Shown here one piece after another: positions 1 through 9,984 of a DNA stretch of 64,000 nt. A program made the position numbers and the translations under genes. The stretch spans positions 34,445 to 98,444 of the forward strand of contig CAWBLT010000015.1 in assembly GCA_963789665.1 (NCBI GenBank), read 5' to 3'. Below the pieces are notes generated by a model. The model was not told where the DNA came from. It was given only the letters and a program-made list of their open reading frames with translations, and searched no databases. Numbering within the stretch: the stretch's first letter is position 1; each line of letters begins with the position of its first letter. The stretch is from an uncultured Acidobacteriota bacterium. GTDB lineage: Bacteria; Acidobacteriota; Terriglobia; Acidiferrales; UBA7541.

Positions 1-1
1 C

Positions 2-91
2 ATACTGATGTTCGTGGCGCTCAGCGCCTGTTTCATACCGGCGCGGCGGGCGATGCGCGTGGATCCGATGGTCGCGCTGCGATACGAGTAA
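2..91 (+). CDS. 3' end of an ADOP-family MacB/FtsX-type ABC permease (partial, runs off window start)
   Basis: The frame ending at TAA 89-91 reads ...[29 protein letters not shown]. This is the same last TM helix and [11 protein letters not shown] tail as the complete paralogs downstream. Confidence 0.85.
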   Translation: MLMFVALSACFIPARRAMRVDPMVALRYE

Positions 92-126
92 GCAGTAGCG
101 AATGATCGGTGACAAGTGAGGGGAAA

Positions 127-142
127 CGGCGGGTCTTTTGCT
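127..142 (+). promoter_or_regulatory. candidate sigma54 (-24/-12) promoter upstream of the first complete ADOP gene
   Basis: CGGCGGGTCTTTTGCT compared with consensus TGGCACG-N4-TTGCW. GG (128-129) and GC (140-141) have the correct spacing, and TTGCT is intact. It lies 37 nt upstream of ATG 179. A sigma54-type activator is encoded in the same cluster. Confidence 0.3.
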
Positions 143-178
143 CGTCACTGATCACTCGTCACTTTTTTAGGGGGTGCA

Positions 179-2656
179 ATGGGAACGTTGCTCCAGGATC
201 TGCGCTACGGAATCCGCATGTTGGCGAAGAGTCCGGGTTTCACCGCGCTGGCGGTCATCACCCTGGCGCTGGGAATCGGCGCGAACACCGCAATTTTCTC
301 CGTGATCAATTCCGTGGTGCTGCGTCCGTTGCCATTTCACGAACCAGGGCGGCTGGTGGCGCTCTGGGAAACTGAAAGCGCGCCAGGAAATTTCCCGCTG
401 ACCGGGCCCGATTATCTGGACTGGCAAGCGCAGAGTCGTACGCTCGAAGCCAGCAGTCTTTACACTTGGGACCGGACGGCTAACGCCAGCGGCTCCGGCG
501 AACCCCAGGCCGCTTCGGTGATCAGCACCCAGGCGAATTTTTTCGCGGTGCTCGGCGTGCAGCCGCAAATCGGGCGCGCCTTCGATCCCGGCGAAGATCA
601 GGCCGGGAAAAATCATGTGGCGATTCTGAGCAACGCCTTCTGGCAGAGGCAATTCGGCGGACGTTCCGACGTCTTGGGAAAAACCATCGAGTTGAACGAC
701 GAGCCCTACTTCGTTATCGGCGTGCTGCCCGCCTGGTTTAATTTTCAGCACGCGACGGAAATTTGGACGCCCATGGACATGACGCCCAAGGCGCTGGGGC
801 CGCGCGGTTCGCATTCCTATCGCGCGATTGCGAGGCTGCAAGCGAACGTCACCGCGGCACAGGCTCAGGCGGAACTCGCGGGCATCACCAAGCGGTTGGC
901 AAAACAGAATTCGAAAAGTGATGACATCAGCGGAGCCGTGGTCGTCTCTCTGACGGAGCAGCTGACCGGAGCATCCCGGCAAGGCCTTTTCATCCTGCTT
1001 GGCTCCGTGGCGCTGGTGCTGCTGGTGGCCTGCGCCAACGTGGCAAACCTGATGCTGGCGCGCGCCAGCAATCGCCAGCGTGAAATTGCCGTGCGCGCCG
1101 CGATGGGCGCCGGACGATGGCGGTTGGCGCGGCAACTGCTCACCGAAAGCATTTTGCTTTCTCTGCTCGGCGCCGCACTGGGGCTTTTGGGCGCGTTCTG
1201 GGCGGTATCGCTGCTGCAGTCGGCCGAAACCCTGCCAATTCCCCGCGCCAATCCCATCGAGATTGACGTAACGGTTCTGCTATTCACCATCGGCGTCAGT
1301 ATTCTGGTGGGCGCGCTATTTGGTCTGGCGCCCGCGATGCAGTCGTTCCACATGAATCTCAGCGACGAGCTCAAATCCAGCGCGCAAGCCGTGGTCAGCC
1401 CGTCCGGCACTCGCCGCTTGCTGCGCGATGCTCTGGTGGTCGGCGAAATTGCCGCTTCGCTGGCGTTGCTGATCGGCGCGGGCCTGCTGCTGCGCAGCTT
1501 TTCGCGCTTGCGTGATTCTGGAATCGGCGTGCAGACGGGAAACGTGATTACCATGGGCGTCAATCTGCCCGCAGCGAAATACAAGACGCTGCCGGCGCGC
1601 CGCCAGTTTTTTGACCAGCTGATTGAGCGCATTGAGGGCGAGCCGGGCGTGCAGGCAGCGGCGATCTCGACAGAAATTCCGCTGGAAGGAGGCAACAACG
1701 GGTATGTCACCGTGGCGGGGCAGGACAATCCGGCCCTCGCGACACAGCTGGTCGAATGGAACAACGTCACACCGAACTATTTTCGCGCGTATGGCGTGCC
1801 CGTTCTGCAGGGTCGCGTGTTCACGCCCGAAGAAGTAGAACGCACCGCGGTGGTGAATCTGAAAGTGGACGATCTTTATAAGAACGATCCGAACCTGAAA
1901 TCGCTGCCGCCGGATCTGGGATTTGTCGCCGTCATCAGCCGCAAAATGGCGCAATTGTATTGGCCGAAGCAGGACGCGCTGGGCAAAGTGTTTCAGGCGA
2001 GCGGCGTTCCGGTCACCGTCGTCGGCGTGGTTGGCGACGTGAAGGAATGGGACATTCGCGAGAATGTGGTTCCGCAAGCGTATTTCCCGCTCACGGCTGC
2101 TTTGGACAACGAAGGGATCGGCGCGCGATTGACGGTGAGGACGAGCGTGGCACCGCGCGGCGTCCTGACGGCGATTCGTCGAGACCTGCGCGCGCTCGAC
2201 GGCGGCCTGGCCGTGATTCACCCGCGCACCATGGACGAAGTCGTCGCCGATGCCATGCAGGACACCAGCGAGCAAACCATGCTGCTGGGCATTTTTGCCG
2301 CGCTCGCGCTGTTGCTGGCCGCCGTGGGGATTTACGGCGTGATGGCGTACGTGGTCACGCAACGTACGCACGAGATCGGTGTGCGCATGGCGCTGGGCGC
2401 GCAACAGCACGATGTGTTGCGGCTGGTGCTAGGCGAAGGCTCGCGGCTCACCGCCATCGGTGTCGCGCTCGGTCTGGCATGCGCTTTGGCTCTCACCCGA
2501 TTGCTGCGCGCGCTGCTTTTTGGGGTCAGCGCCAGCGATCCACTCACGTTCGCGGGAGTTTCCATCCTGCTCGCGCTGGTCGCAATGGCGGCGTGCTACA
2601 TCCCGGCGCGTCGCGCATCACGCGTGGATCCGATGGTGGCGCTGCGTTACGAGTGA
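179..2656 (+). CDS. ADOP-family MacB-like ABC transporter permease (FtsX domains plus large periplasmic domain)
   Basis: 825-aa ORF. N-terminus [39 protein letters not shown] (TM1), C-terminal FtsX-type TM bundle and the tail [17 protein letters not shown] sits 4-9 nt before the ATG. Confidence 0.93.
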   Translation: MGTLLQDLRYGIRMLAKSPGFTALAVITLALGIGANTAIFSVINSVVLRPLPFHEPGRLVALWETESAPGNFPLTGPDYLDWQAQSRTLEASSLYTWDRTANASGSGEPQAASVISTQANFFAVLGVQPQIGRAFDPGEDQAGKNHVAILSNAFWQRQFGGRSDVLGKTIELNDEPYFVIGVLPAWFNFQHATEIWTPMDMTPKALGPRGSHSYRAIARLQANVTAAQAQAELAGITKRLAKQNSKSDDISGAVVVSLTEQLTGASRQGLFILLGSVALVLLVACANVANLMLARASNRQREIAVRAAMGAGRWRLARQLLTESILLSLLGAALGLLGAFWAVSLLQSAETLPIPRANPIEIDVTVLLFTIGVSILVGALFGLAPAMQSFHMNLSDELKSSAQAVVSPSGTRRLLRDALVVGEIAASLALLIGAGLLLRSFSRLRDSGIGVQTGNVITMGVNLPAAKYKTLPARRQFFDQLIERIEGEPGVQAAAISTEIPLEGGNNGYVTVAGQDNPALATQLVEWNNVTPNYFRAYGVPVLQGRVFTPEEVERTAVVNLKVDDLYKNDPNLKSLPPDLGFVAVISRKMAQLYWPKQDALGKVFQASGVPVTVVGVVGDVKEWDIRENVVPQAYFPLTAALDNEGIGARLTVRTSVAPRGVLTAIRRDLRALDGGLAVIHPRTMDEVVADAMQDTSEQTMLLGIFAALALLLAAVGIYGVMAYVVTQRTHEIGVRMALGAQQHDVLRLVLGEGSRLTAIGVALGLACALALTRLLRALLFGVSASDPLTFAGVSILLALVAMAACYIPARRASRVDPMVALRYE

Positions 2657-2741
2657 CGATGCAGAGAATATCGTCAATATTCTGAACCGGCATCATGGCC
2701 GAAGGTTCTCTGTTTCGCCTAAAGTTTTCCAGGAGCTCAAG

Positions 2742-5186
2742 ATGGAAACCCTGCTGCAAGATATTCGCTACGGCATTCGCATGTTGGCGAAGAATCCCGG
2801 CTTCACGGCGATCGCCATTCTTACGTTGGCTCTGGGCATCGGCGCGAACACGGCAATTTTCTCGGTCGTTAACGCGGAGCTGCTGCGTCCGCTGCCCTTC
2901 CGCGATCCGGGCCAGTTGGTGCGGGTGGCCACTGCCAATGCGCGAATCCACACCGTGAGTGGCGCGGTTTCCTATCCCGATTTCGCGGACTGGCGCGCGC
3001 AAAATCGCGTTTTCCAGGATATGGCTGCGTATGTTGACTCCAGCTTCGCTCTCACCGGCATCGAGCAGCCCGCGCACCTGCAGGCTGCGAGCGTTTCCGC
3101 CGACATGTTCAACTTATTGGGAGTGTCGCCGGAATTGGGACGCGCGTTTTCACCGGACGATGACGAACCGCACCATCACGTTGTGATTCTGAGCCATGGT
3201 TTGTGGAAGGAGCGCTTCGGCGGCGATCCACAGATCATCGGCCGCGTGATCACTCTGGATAACAGCGCGTACACGGTGGTGGGCGTGATGCCCGCCAGCT
3301 TTGAGTATCTGCTGCAGCGCGAAACGCCGGCGCTATGGTCCAGCTTCAGTCCTTTGCGGGAATCTACCACTGATTCGCCGACGATGGCCGATCAGCGCGA
3401 TGCGCATTTCCTGCGCGTGATCGCGCGCATGAAGCCCGGCGTGACGGTGGCGGAGGCGCAAGCCAACCTAGACGTCATCACCACGGCGCTGGCTAAGCAG
3501 TATCCCGACAGCAACAAATATTCCAGCGCGAAGGTAGTTTCCGAGCAGGAAGAATTGACGCACAGCATCCGGCCGGCGCTGTTCCTGATGATGGTGGCGG
3601 TGGGATTTGTGCTGTTGATCGCCTGTGTGAACGTGGCGAATCTGTTGCTGGCGCGGGCCACTGCGCGCACGCGCGAAATCGCCATCCGTTCGGCGCTGGG
3701 CGCAGGACGCCAGCGCGTGATTCGCCAACTTCTCACCGAAAGTTTTCTGCTCGCGTTGGTGGCCGGTGTGCTGGGCCTGCTGCTGGCGATGTGGGGGAGC
3801 GCTGCGCTGGTGCGCTTCAGCCCCGCGAATTTACCGCGGCTCGCTGAAATTCGCGTGGACGGCTGGGTGCTGGCCTTCACCATGGGACTGTCTTTGGCCA
3901 CCGGAGTGTTTTTCGGTCTCGCTCCTGCTCTGCAAGTGTCGCATGGCAATATCGTGGACGCTTTGAAAGAAGGCGCGCTGAGCAGCACCGCGGGGCGCGG
4001 ACGCCATGCACTGCGGAGTTCTCTGGTGATCGTGGAAATGGCGTTGGCGCTGGTGCTGCTGGTGAGCAGCGGACTGCTGATTCGCAGCCTGGTGCATTTG
4101 CAGAACGTGAATCCGGGATTCGATCCGCACAACGTAATGACTTCCAACGTGGATTTGCCGGATGCCAAATATTCGGATGCAAAACGGGCGCAATATTTCA
4201 AGGACCTGATGCGGCAGCTCAAGGCGCTGCCCGGAGTGCAATCCGCCGCCGGCATCTATCCGCTGCCGATGGGCGGTGACGAAATCCGCACCGTTTTTCA
4301 GATTGATGGACATCCCGTGGCCAAAAGCGAGGAGCCGCACACTTCTCTGCGAGACATCACGCCGGATTACTTTGCCACCATGCGGATTCCCATTTTGCAG
4401 GGCCGCGATTTCGGCGCGCAGGATGAACCTGCTTCCACACCGGTCGTCATCATCAACGAGGCATTCGCGCGACAGATTTTCCCTGGTGAAAATCCAATCG
4501 GAAAACACATCAAGCCCGCGGTTGCCGGTGACACAGGCGAGCCGGTGATGCGCGAAATCGTGGGCGTGGTGGGCAACGTGAAGTTTCACGATTTGAGCGA
4601 CGAGTGGGCGCCCGAGTCCTACATCCCCTACGCGCAGATACCCTTCGGGTCTTTGACTCTGGTGGTGCGCACGGCGCAAGACGCCCACAGCCTCGCGAAG
4701 CCCATCGCCGAAACGGTCCGCTCGCTGGATAAAGACCTGCCCACTTACGCGCCGAAGACCGTCGACGAATATCTGAGTGGCACCATCGCACAGCCTCGCT
4801 TCAATACCTATCTGCTGGGAATTTTTGCGGCATTGGCCATGCTGCTCACGGCCGTCGGCCTGTACGGCGTGATTTCGTATTCGGTCGCACAGCGCACGCA
4901 TGAACTCGGCATCCGCATGGCCCTGGGCGGACAGCCGGGAGACATGCTGCGCCTGATTGTGGGCCAAGGTCTGCGTCTCGCGGCGTTTGGAGTCGGCATC
5001 GGTCTGGCCGCTGCCTTTGTGCTGACGCATTTTCTTTCCAGCATGCTCTTTGGCGTTAGCGCCGCCGACCCGATTTCCTACATCGCGGTAGTGGGCTTAC
5101 TCCTAACCGTCGTGATCGTCGCTTGCTTCGTGCCGGCCCGTCGGGCTATGCGTGTGGACCCGATGGTCGCACTTCGCTACGAGTAG
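2742..5186 (+). CDS. ADOP-family MacB-like ABC transporter permease
   Basis: The supplied ORF 2460-5186 overlaps the previous gene. The start is reassigned to ATG 2742 ([21 protein letters not shown]...), preceded by AGGAG at 2731-2735. The C-terminus is [12 protein letters not shown]. Confidence 0.92.
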   Translation: METLLQDIRYGIRMLAKNPGFTAIAILTLALGIGANTAIFSVVNAELLRPLPFRDPGQLVRVATANARIHTVSGAVSYPDFADWRAQNRVFQDMAAYVDSSFALTGIEQPAHLQAASVSADMFNLLGVSPELGRAFSPDDDEPHHHVVILSHGLWKERFGGDPQIIGRVITLDNSAYTVVGVMPASFEYLLQRETPALWSSFSPLRESTTDSPTMADQRDAHFLRVIARMKPGVTVAEAQANLDVITTALAKQYPDSNKYSSAKVVSEQEELTHSIRPALFLMMVAVGFVLLIACVNVANLLLARATARTREIAIRSALGAGRQRVIRQLLTESFLLALVAGVLGLLLAMWGSAALVRFSPANLPRLAEIRVDGWVLAFTMGLSLATGVFFGLAPALQVSHGNIVDALKEGALSSTAGRGRHALRSSLVIVEMALALVLLVSSGLLIRSLVHLQNVNPGFDPHNVMTSNVDLPDAKYSDAKRAQYFKDLMRQLKALPGVQSAAGIYPLPMGGDEIRTVFQIDGHPVAKSEEPHTSLRDITPDYFATMRIPILQGRDFGAQDEPASTPVVIINEAFARQIFPGENPIGKHIKPAVAGDTGEPVMREIVGVVGNVKFHDLSDEWAPESYIPYAQIPFGSLTLVVRTAQDAHSLAKPIAETVRSLDKDLPTYAPKTVDEYLSGTIAQPRFNTYLLGIFAALAMLLTAVGLYGVISYSVAQRTHELGIRMALGGQPGDMLRLIVGQGLRLAAFGVGIGLAAAFVLTHFLSSMLFGVSAADPISYIAVVGLLLTVVIVACFVPARRAMRVDPMVALRYE

Positions 5187-5433
5187 ATCGCCCCCGGGAA
5201 TTATGCAGCCAGCGATGACCAAGAACTGTCGCGGCTTCGAAACTCGTACTGTCCGAAATCGCAACAAGCATTCCCGCAACTGGTCAGGCTCGGCCTCGCG
5301 GCGCGTCTATCGTGGCTTTAATCTATTGTAAGTACAGGCCTTATATTAATATTGGGCTGGAATCCCACCTGCCCATATTCGGGAGGCACCTGATAAGAAA
5401 ACTCTCCGCATCCAGCTGAGCGGGGCTCGAATC

Positions 5434-6651
5434 ATGAACATTATGACGCTCGAATCCACAACCGAAGCCGCTAAGACGCAGCCGCGAGTGCTCATCGCGG
5501 ACGATCAGCCCGACATTCTGGAGGCGCTACGACTGTTGTTAAAAGGACACGGTTACCTCACTGAGGCAGTCACTTCCCCGGCAGCTCTATTCGCCGCCGT
5601 TTCCCAAAATGGATTCGATCTGATATTGATGGACCTTAACTACGCTCGCGATACCACCTCTGGTCGCGAAGGCATTGATTTACTGGCGCGACTGAAAGCC
5701 ACCGAAAACGCGCCTCCGATCGTAGTGATGACCGGTTGGGCCACCGTTGGCCTGGCGGTGGAAGCGATGCAGCAGGGCGTCGGCGACTTCGTCGAGAAGC
5801 CCTGGGTGAATTCCCGGTTGCTCGAAATATTGCAGAAACAGGTGCAGATCGGCCGGGAGCGCCGCGACGCCCGGCAAAAAGCAGTGGCCCACACGATCGC
5901 GCAGACCGAAATTGCCTCGCAGCTTCACGCGCAGGACCGCGAGATCGCCGAAGCGCGCGCGATTCAGCAGGGGTTTCTGCCGAAAGATATTCCTCAATTG
6001 CAGGGATTCGAAATTGCGGGCGCCTGGCAGCCAGCGCGTGTGGTGGGCGGCGATTACTACGACGTGCTTCCATTCGGGCCAGAGACGCTGGGCATATGTA
6101 TCGGCGATGTCGCGGGCAAGGGTATGCCGGCGGCCCTGCTGATGTCTAACTTGCAGGCGGCTTTTCGAGGCTTCGCTTCCCCCGCGCTTGCTCCGGAAGA
6201 TCTGTGCGAGCGCCTGAATGCGCTGATCTGCCGCAATATCGCCACCGACCGCTTCATCACTTTTTTCTACGCGCAATTGGACGGTCCGGGCCGCCGGCTG
6301 CGTTACACCAACGCCGGGCACAATGCGCCAATTGTGTCGCATCGCGATGGCACGCATGATCGCCTGCTAGAAGGCGGCGGGATTCTCGGCGTGTTTCCCA
6401 TACAGGAGTTCTCCAGCGGCACCTACGACCTGGCGTCGGGCGACCGCGTGCTGCTTTTTACCGATGGCGTGACGGAAGCGCACGTTCCGGACGGCGAGGA
6501 ATTCGGCGAAGCCCGCTTGCTCGAGCTGCTCGAACAAAATCGCCATGCGAGCGCGGAAGATTTGCAAAAAATAGTTCTGCAAGCCGCGGGCGAATTTTGC
6601 CGCGGCCATTGGCATGACGACGCCACACTGATCGTCATTGCCGTTGAATAA
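5434..6651 (+). CDS. response regulator receiver domain fused to a PP2C/SpoIIE-type serine phosphatase (RsbU-like)
   Basis: 405 aa. The receiver reads RVLIADDQPDILEALRLLLK...DLILMDLNYARDTTSGREGIDLL...PIVVMTGW. The PP2C part reads VVGGDYYDV...CIGDVAGKGMPAALLMS...LLFTDGVTEA...DDATLIVI. Confidence 0.9.
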   Translation: MNIMTLESTTEAAKTQPRVLIADDQPDILEALRLLLKGHGYLTEAVTSPAALFAAVSQNGFDLILMDLNYARDTTSGREGIDLLARLKATENAPPIVVMTGWATVGLAVEAMQQGVGDFVEKPWVNSRLLEILQKQVQIGRERRDARQKAVAHTIAQTEIASQLHAQDREIAEARAIQQGFLPKDIPQLQGFEIAGAWQPARVVGGDYYDVLPFGPETLGICIGDVAGKGMPAALLMSNLQAAFRGFASPALAPEDLCERLNALICRNIATDRFITFFYAQLDGPGRRLRYTNAGHNAPIVSHRDGTHDRLLEGGGILGVFPIQEFSSGTYDLASGDRVLLFTDGVTEAHVPDGEEFGEARLLELLEQNRHASAEDLQKIVLQAAGEFCRGHWHDDATLIVIAVE

Positions 6652-6676
6652 ACCCGCGAACGAGCGAGGGAGCCGA

Positions 6677-9123
6677 ATGGGATCGCTGGCGCAAGACCTG
6701 AGTTTTGCGGTGCGCACGCTGCGGAAGAATCGCGGCTTCACCGCGGTCGCGGTCTTGACGCTGGCGCTCGGCATTGGCGGAAACGCCACGGTATTCAGCT
6801 GGATTCGCGCCGTGCTCCTGAATCCCCTGCCGGGCGTGGAGCATTCCGAGCAAATGATTTCCGTTGAAACGGTTATGCCCAGTGGCGAATATCACACCAG
6901 TTCGTACCCGGACTATAGGGATTTTCGCGATCAGAACCATGTCTTCTCCTCGCTTATCGGCTTCGAGCTCTCTGGCGTGGACATGAGCCTGCGCAACGAC
7001 GCGCCACCGGAGCGCGTCTGGGGAATCATCGCCACGGAAAATTATTTCGACGCGCTCGGCGTGCACGCCGCCATCGGGCGCACGTTTCATGCCGAGCCAA
7101 ATCAGGCGCTGAATTCGGATCCCTACATTGTCCTCGGCCAGAGTCTGTGGAAACGCCTCTTTGCCTCTGATCCGAAGGTCGTGGGCCGCACCGTGCATAT
7201 TAACGGGCACCCTTTCACGGTGATCGGAGTCGCGCCGCCGCGCTTTTTCGGAACCATCGTGGGCATTGACGCGCAGTACTTTGTTCCGATGATGATGCAG
7301 CCCGAAATACTCCCTTTCGAGGACATCGAGGAGCGCGCGCCGACTTTCGTGCACATCATTGGACGCCTGCGCCCAGGCGTAACGACCGCCCAAGCCCAGT
7401 CGGAATTCACAAGCATCGCCGCACATCTGGCGCAGGAATATCCCAATCCCAATGTCGGCAATGGCGTGGGGATTTACGTGGCGCCAGTATGGAAAGCGCA
7501 CTACGGCGTGCAGGATTTTCTGCGCAGCGTTCTCGGATTCCTGATGATCGTCGCCGTGCTGGTGCTGGTGATTGCCTGCGTCAACGTGGCGAATCTGCTG
7601 CTGGCTCGCGCTTCGGCACGTGAAAAAGAAATGGCGATGCGCGCGGCGCTGGGTGCCAGCCGCGGACGCCTGATTCGCCAGTTGCTCGTCGAAAGCCTGC
7701 TGCTGGCCGCTGCGGGCGGCGCTGGCGGAATCGTTCTGGCGTTGTGGGGCGCGAATCTTCTGAGCTTTTTCCTGCCGCCCGCGCATTTGCCCATCGGTTT
7801 GGAGCGCAGGTTGACGCGCCAGTTTTGATTTTCACGCTGATTCTTTCCGTCGTCACCGGGCTGGTGTTCGGGCTGGTTCCGGCGTGGCAAGCATCGCGGG
7901 CCAATCTGAATGAATCGCTGAAATCACGAACCGCGGCAACCGGCGCAAGCACCAGCAGCCACCGTTTGCGCGATGTTCTGGTGATATCGGAAATGGTGCT
8001 GGCCACGGTGTTGCTGGTTGCCGCCGGGCTTTTGCTGCGTAGCGTAGGCAAGGCGGAGCAAGCTGGCGCAGGCTACAACACGAATCACCTGACCCTCGCA
8101 GCTTTCGACTTGCGAGGCAGCGGCTATTCTGACGATCGCGCGATTGATTATTACGATCGCTTGCTCGAACGAGTGCGCGCTTATCCAGGAGTTGAATCGG
8201 CCAGCCTGGAACGCTTCGTCCCTCTGTGGTTCACGGGCCGCAGCTATTCGACTGCGCGGATCGAAGGCTATACTGCGAAACCCAACGAAGACATGGGCAT
8301 TGATTTGAACATCGTCGGCCCGGATTATTTCCGCACGGTGCAGATTCCGCTCGTTTCCGGCCGGGATTTTTCCGAACAGGATCGCTCCGGCGCGCCCAAA
8401 GTGGTGATCGTCAATCAAAGCATGGCGAATCGCTTCTGGCCCGGCCAGGACGCGACGGGGCATCGCGTGCACATCTGGAGCGATTGGCGCACGGTCGTGG
8501 GCGTGGTGCGCGATATCAAATATCACCGCATGAACGAGCCGCCGGAATCGTTCATCTATCTTCCGGAACTGCAAGCCGATGGAACGGATGCCAATATTTT
8601 GGTGCGCTCGCAATTGCCGCCGGCAACAGTCGTCAGCGACGTTCGAGTTGCAGCGCACTCGCTTGACTCCAAGGTACAGCCGCTCGAGACAGACACTCTC
8701 GACGGCCTGCTGAAGCAATCCATGTTCGCCAACCGCACCGCAGCATCGCTTGCTTCCGTGCTGGGAGTTCTGGGAACGCTGCTTGCGGCGTTGGGAATTT
8801 ACGGCGTGCTTTCGTACAGCGTGAGCCAGCGGATTCGCGAAATCGGCATTCGCATTGCCTTGGGCGCGCAACGAAGTCATGTCCTACGTCTTGTGGTGGG
8901 GCACGGGCTGCGTCTCGCGGTGTTGGGCGCTGGGCTTGGGGTGCTAGCCGCATTAGCAATTACGCGAGGAATGAGCAGTCTGCTGTTCGGAGTGAGCGCC
9001 ACGGATCCGCTTACTCTCGCCATCGTGTTGCTGACGGTCACTGCCGTAGCGACCCTGGCGGCATATATTCCAGCGCGCCGTGCGATGCGCGTGGACCCCA
9101 TGGTCGCGCTGAGATATGAATGA
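6677..9123 (+). pseudogene. ADOP-family permease interrupted by one frameshift near 7801 (pseudogene or sequence error)
   Basis: ORF 6638-7828 (best start ATG 6677, MGSLAQDLSFAVRTLRKNRGF) and ORF 7744-9123 are the N- and C-terminal parts of one permease. The homology path changes frame at ...LPIGL|GAQVDAPVLIFTLILSVVTG... around GG 7801-7802. The tail is [12 protein letters not shown]. Confidence 0.85.
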
Positions 9124-9241
9124 TGCTTATGCCGGCCGAGCGCGGAACGGCAGGTAGGAAGATGTGGTATTGCGTTCGGCTATTGCGACCGGGAACCACG
9201 AAGATGCCAGCCACACATCGCGCGCTTTAGGGAGATGAAAA

Positions 9242-9940
9242 GTGATCAAACTGATTGACGTGGAAAAATTTTACGAATCCGGCGCGGGCAAGACGTGGGT
9301 GCTGCGCCGCATCAACCTGGAAATCCGCGAAGGTGATTTCATCACGGTCATGGGGCCGTCCGGCGCGGGCAAATCCACTTTGATGGGGATCATCGGCATG
9401 CTCGATGGCGCCTGGAAGGGCGAATATCACCTGCTCGATAATCCGGTGCACAAGCTGGATAATCGCCGCCGCGTGGAGCTGCACAAAAAATATATCGGCT
9501 TTGTTTTTCAGCAGTATCACCTGCTCGATAACCTCACCGTCGCCGAGAATCTGGACCTGCCGCTTTCCTATCGCGACATCAAGAAAACCGAGCGCGAAGG
9601 AATGGTGGCGGACGCTCTCGATCGCTTCCAGATTGTCGGCAAGAAAGCGCTCTTCCCCAATCAGCTTTCCGGTGGGCAACAGCAGCTGGTGGCTGTGGCG
9701 CGCGCGGTGATTGGGAAGCCCAAGCTGATCCTGGCCGATGAGCCCACCGGCAGCCTGCACTCCAGCCAGGGAAAAATGATCATGGATATGCTGAAGAAGT
9801 TGAACGATGGCGGCACGACGATCATCCAGGTGACGCACAACAACGAGTGGGCTGCGTATGGCAATCGCATCATTCAACTCGCCGACGGTTGGATCGTGGA
9901 TGGCCAGCCCGTGGCGGGCGGAGCTGCAGCCAGCCGCTAG
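9242..9940 (+). CDS. ABC transporter ATP-binding protein (MacB/LolD/FtsE-like)
   Basis: 232 aa. Walker [11 protein letters not shown]-loop FQQYHLL, signature LSGGQQQ, Walker [10 protein letters not shown]-loop VTHN. GTG start with GGGAG upstream. Confidence 0.93.
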   Translation: MIKLIDVEKFYESGAGKTWVLRRINLEIREGDFITVMGPSGAGKSTLMGIIGMLDGAWKGEYHLLDNPVHKLDNRRRVELHKKYIGFVFQQYHLLDNLTVAENLDLPLSYRDIKKTEREGMVADALDRFQIVGKKALFPNQLSGGQQQLVAVARAVIGKPKLILADEPTGSLHSSQGKMIMDMLKKLNDGGTTIIQVTHNNEWAAYGNRIIQLADGWIVDGQPVAGGAAASR

Positions 9941-9984
9941 CCGCGCGATCGTGCAGCAGTGGCGCAGTGAGCAAGGAGCTCGAG

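Noticed and set aside
2460-2741. Upstream extensions of supplied ORFs: 2460-2741, 9847-9984, 30275-30385, 36108-36404, 38058-38117, 45166-45324 and 57731-58426.
   Set aside because: The extensions overlap the preceding gene or run antisense to it. They lack family similarity. In each case an internal start with a good SD, or with the family-typical N-terminus or signal peptide, is available.
167-5030. Long antisense or alternative-frame ORFs overlapping the permease genes. Examples here are 167-1135(-), 865-1770(-), 1316-2410(-), 1960-2685(+), 3392-4255(-) and 3831-5030(-). There are many similar ones throughout the window, such as 19970-21322(-), 31057-32259(-), 35510-37111(+), 42237-43208(-), 45907-46824(-) and 58370-58861(-).
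   Set aside because: These are typical shadow ORFs of GC-rich DNA. Their translations are Arg/Ala/Gly/Pro-rich with no recognisable motifs. Each overlaps a gene that has strong family signatures, an SD sequence and sensible boundaries.
7795-7810. Programmed ribosomal frameshifting at the ADOP frame breaks.
   Set aside because: There is no X-XXY-YYZ slippery heptamer, no downstream pseudoknot-like structure and no conserved site. The breaks occur at different, non-homologous positions in different paralogs and also in unrelated genes.
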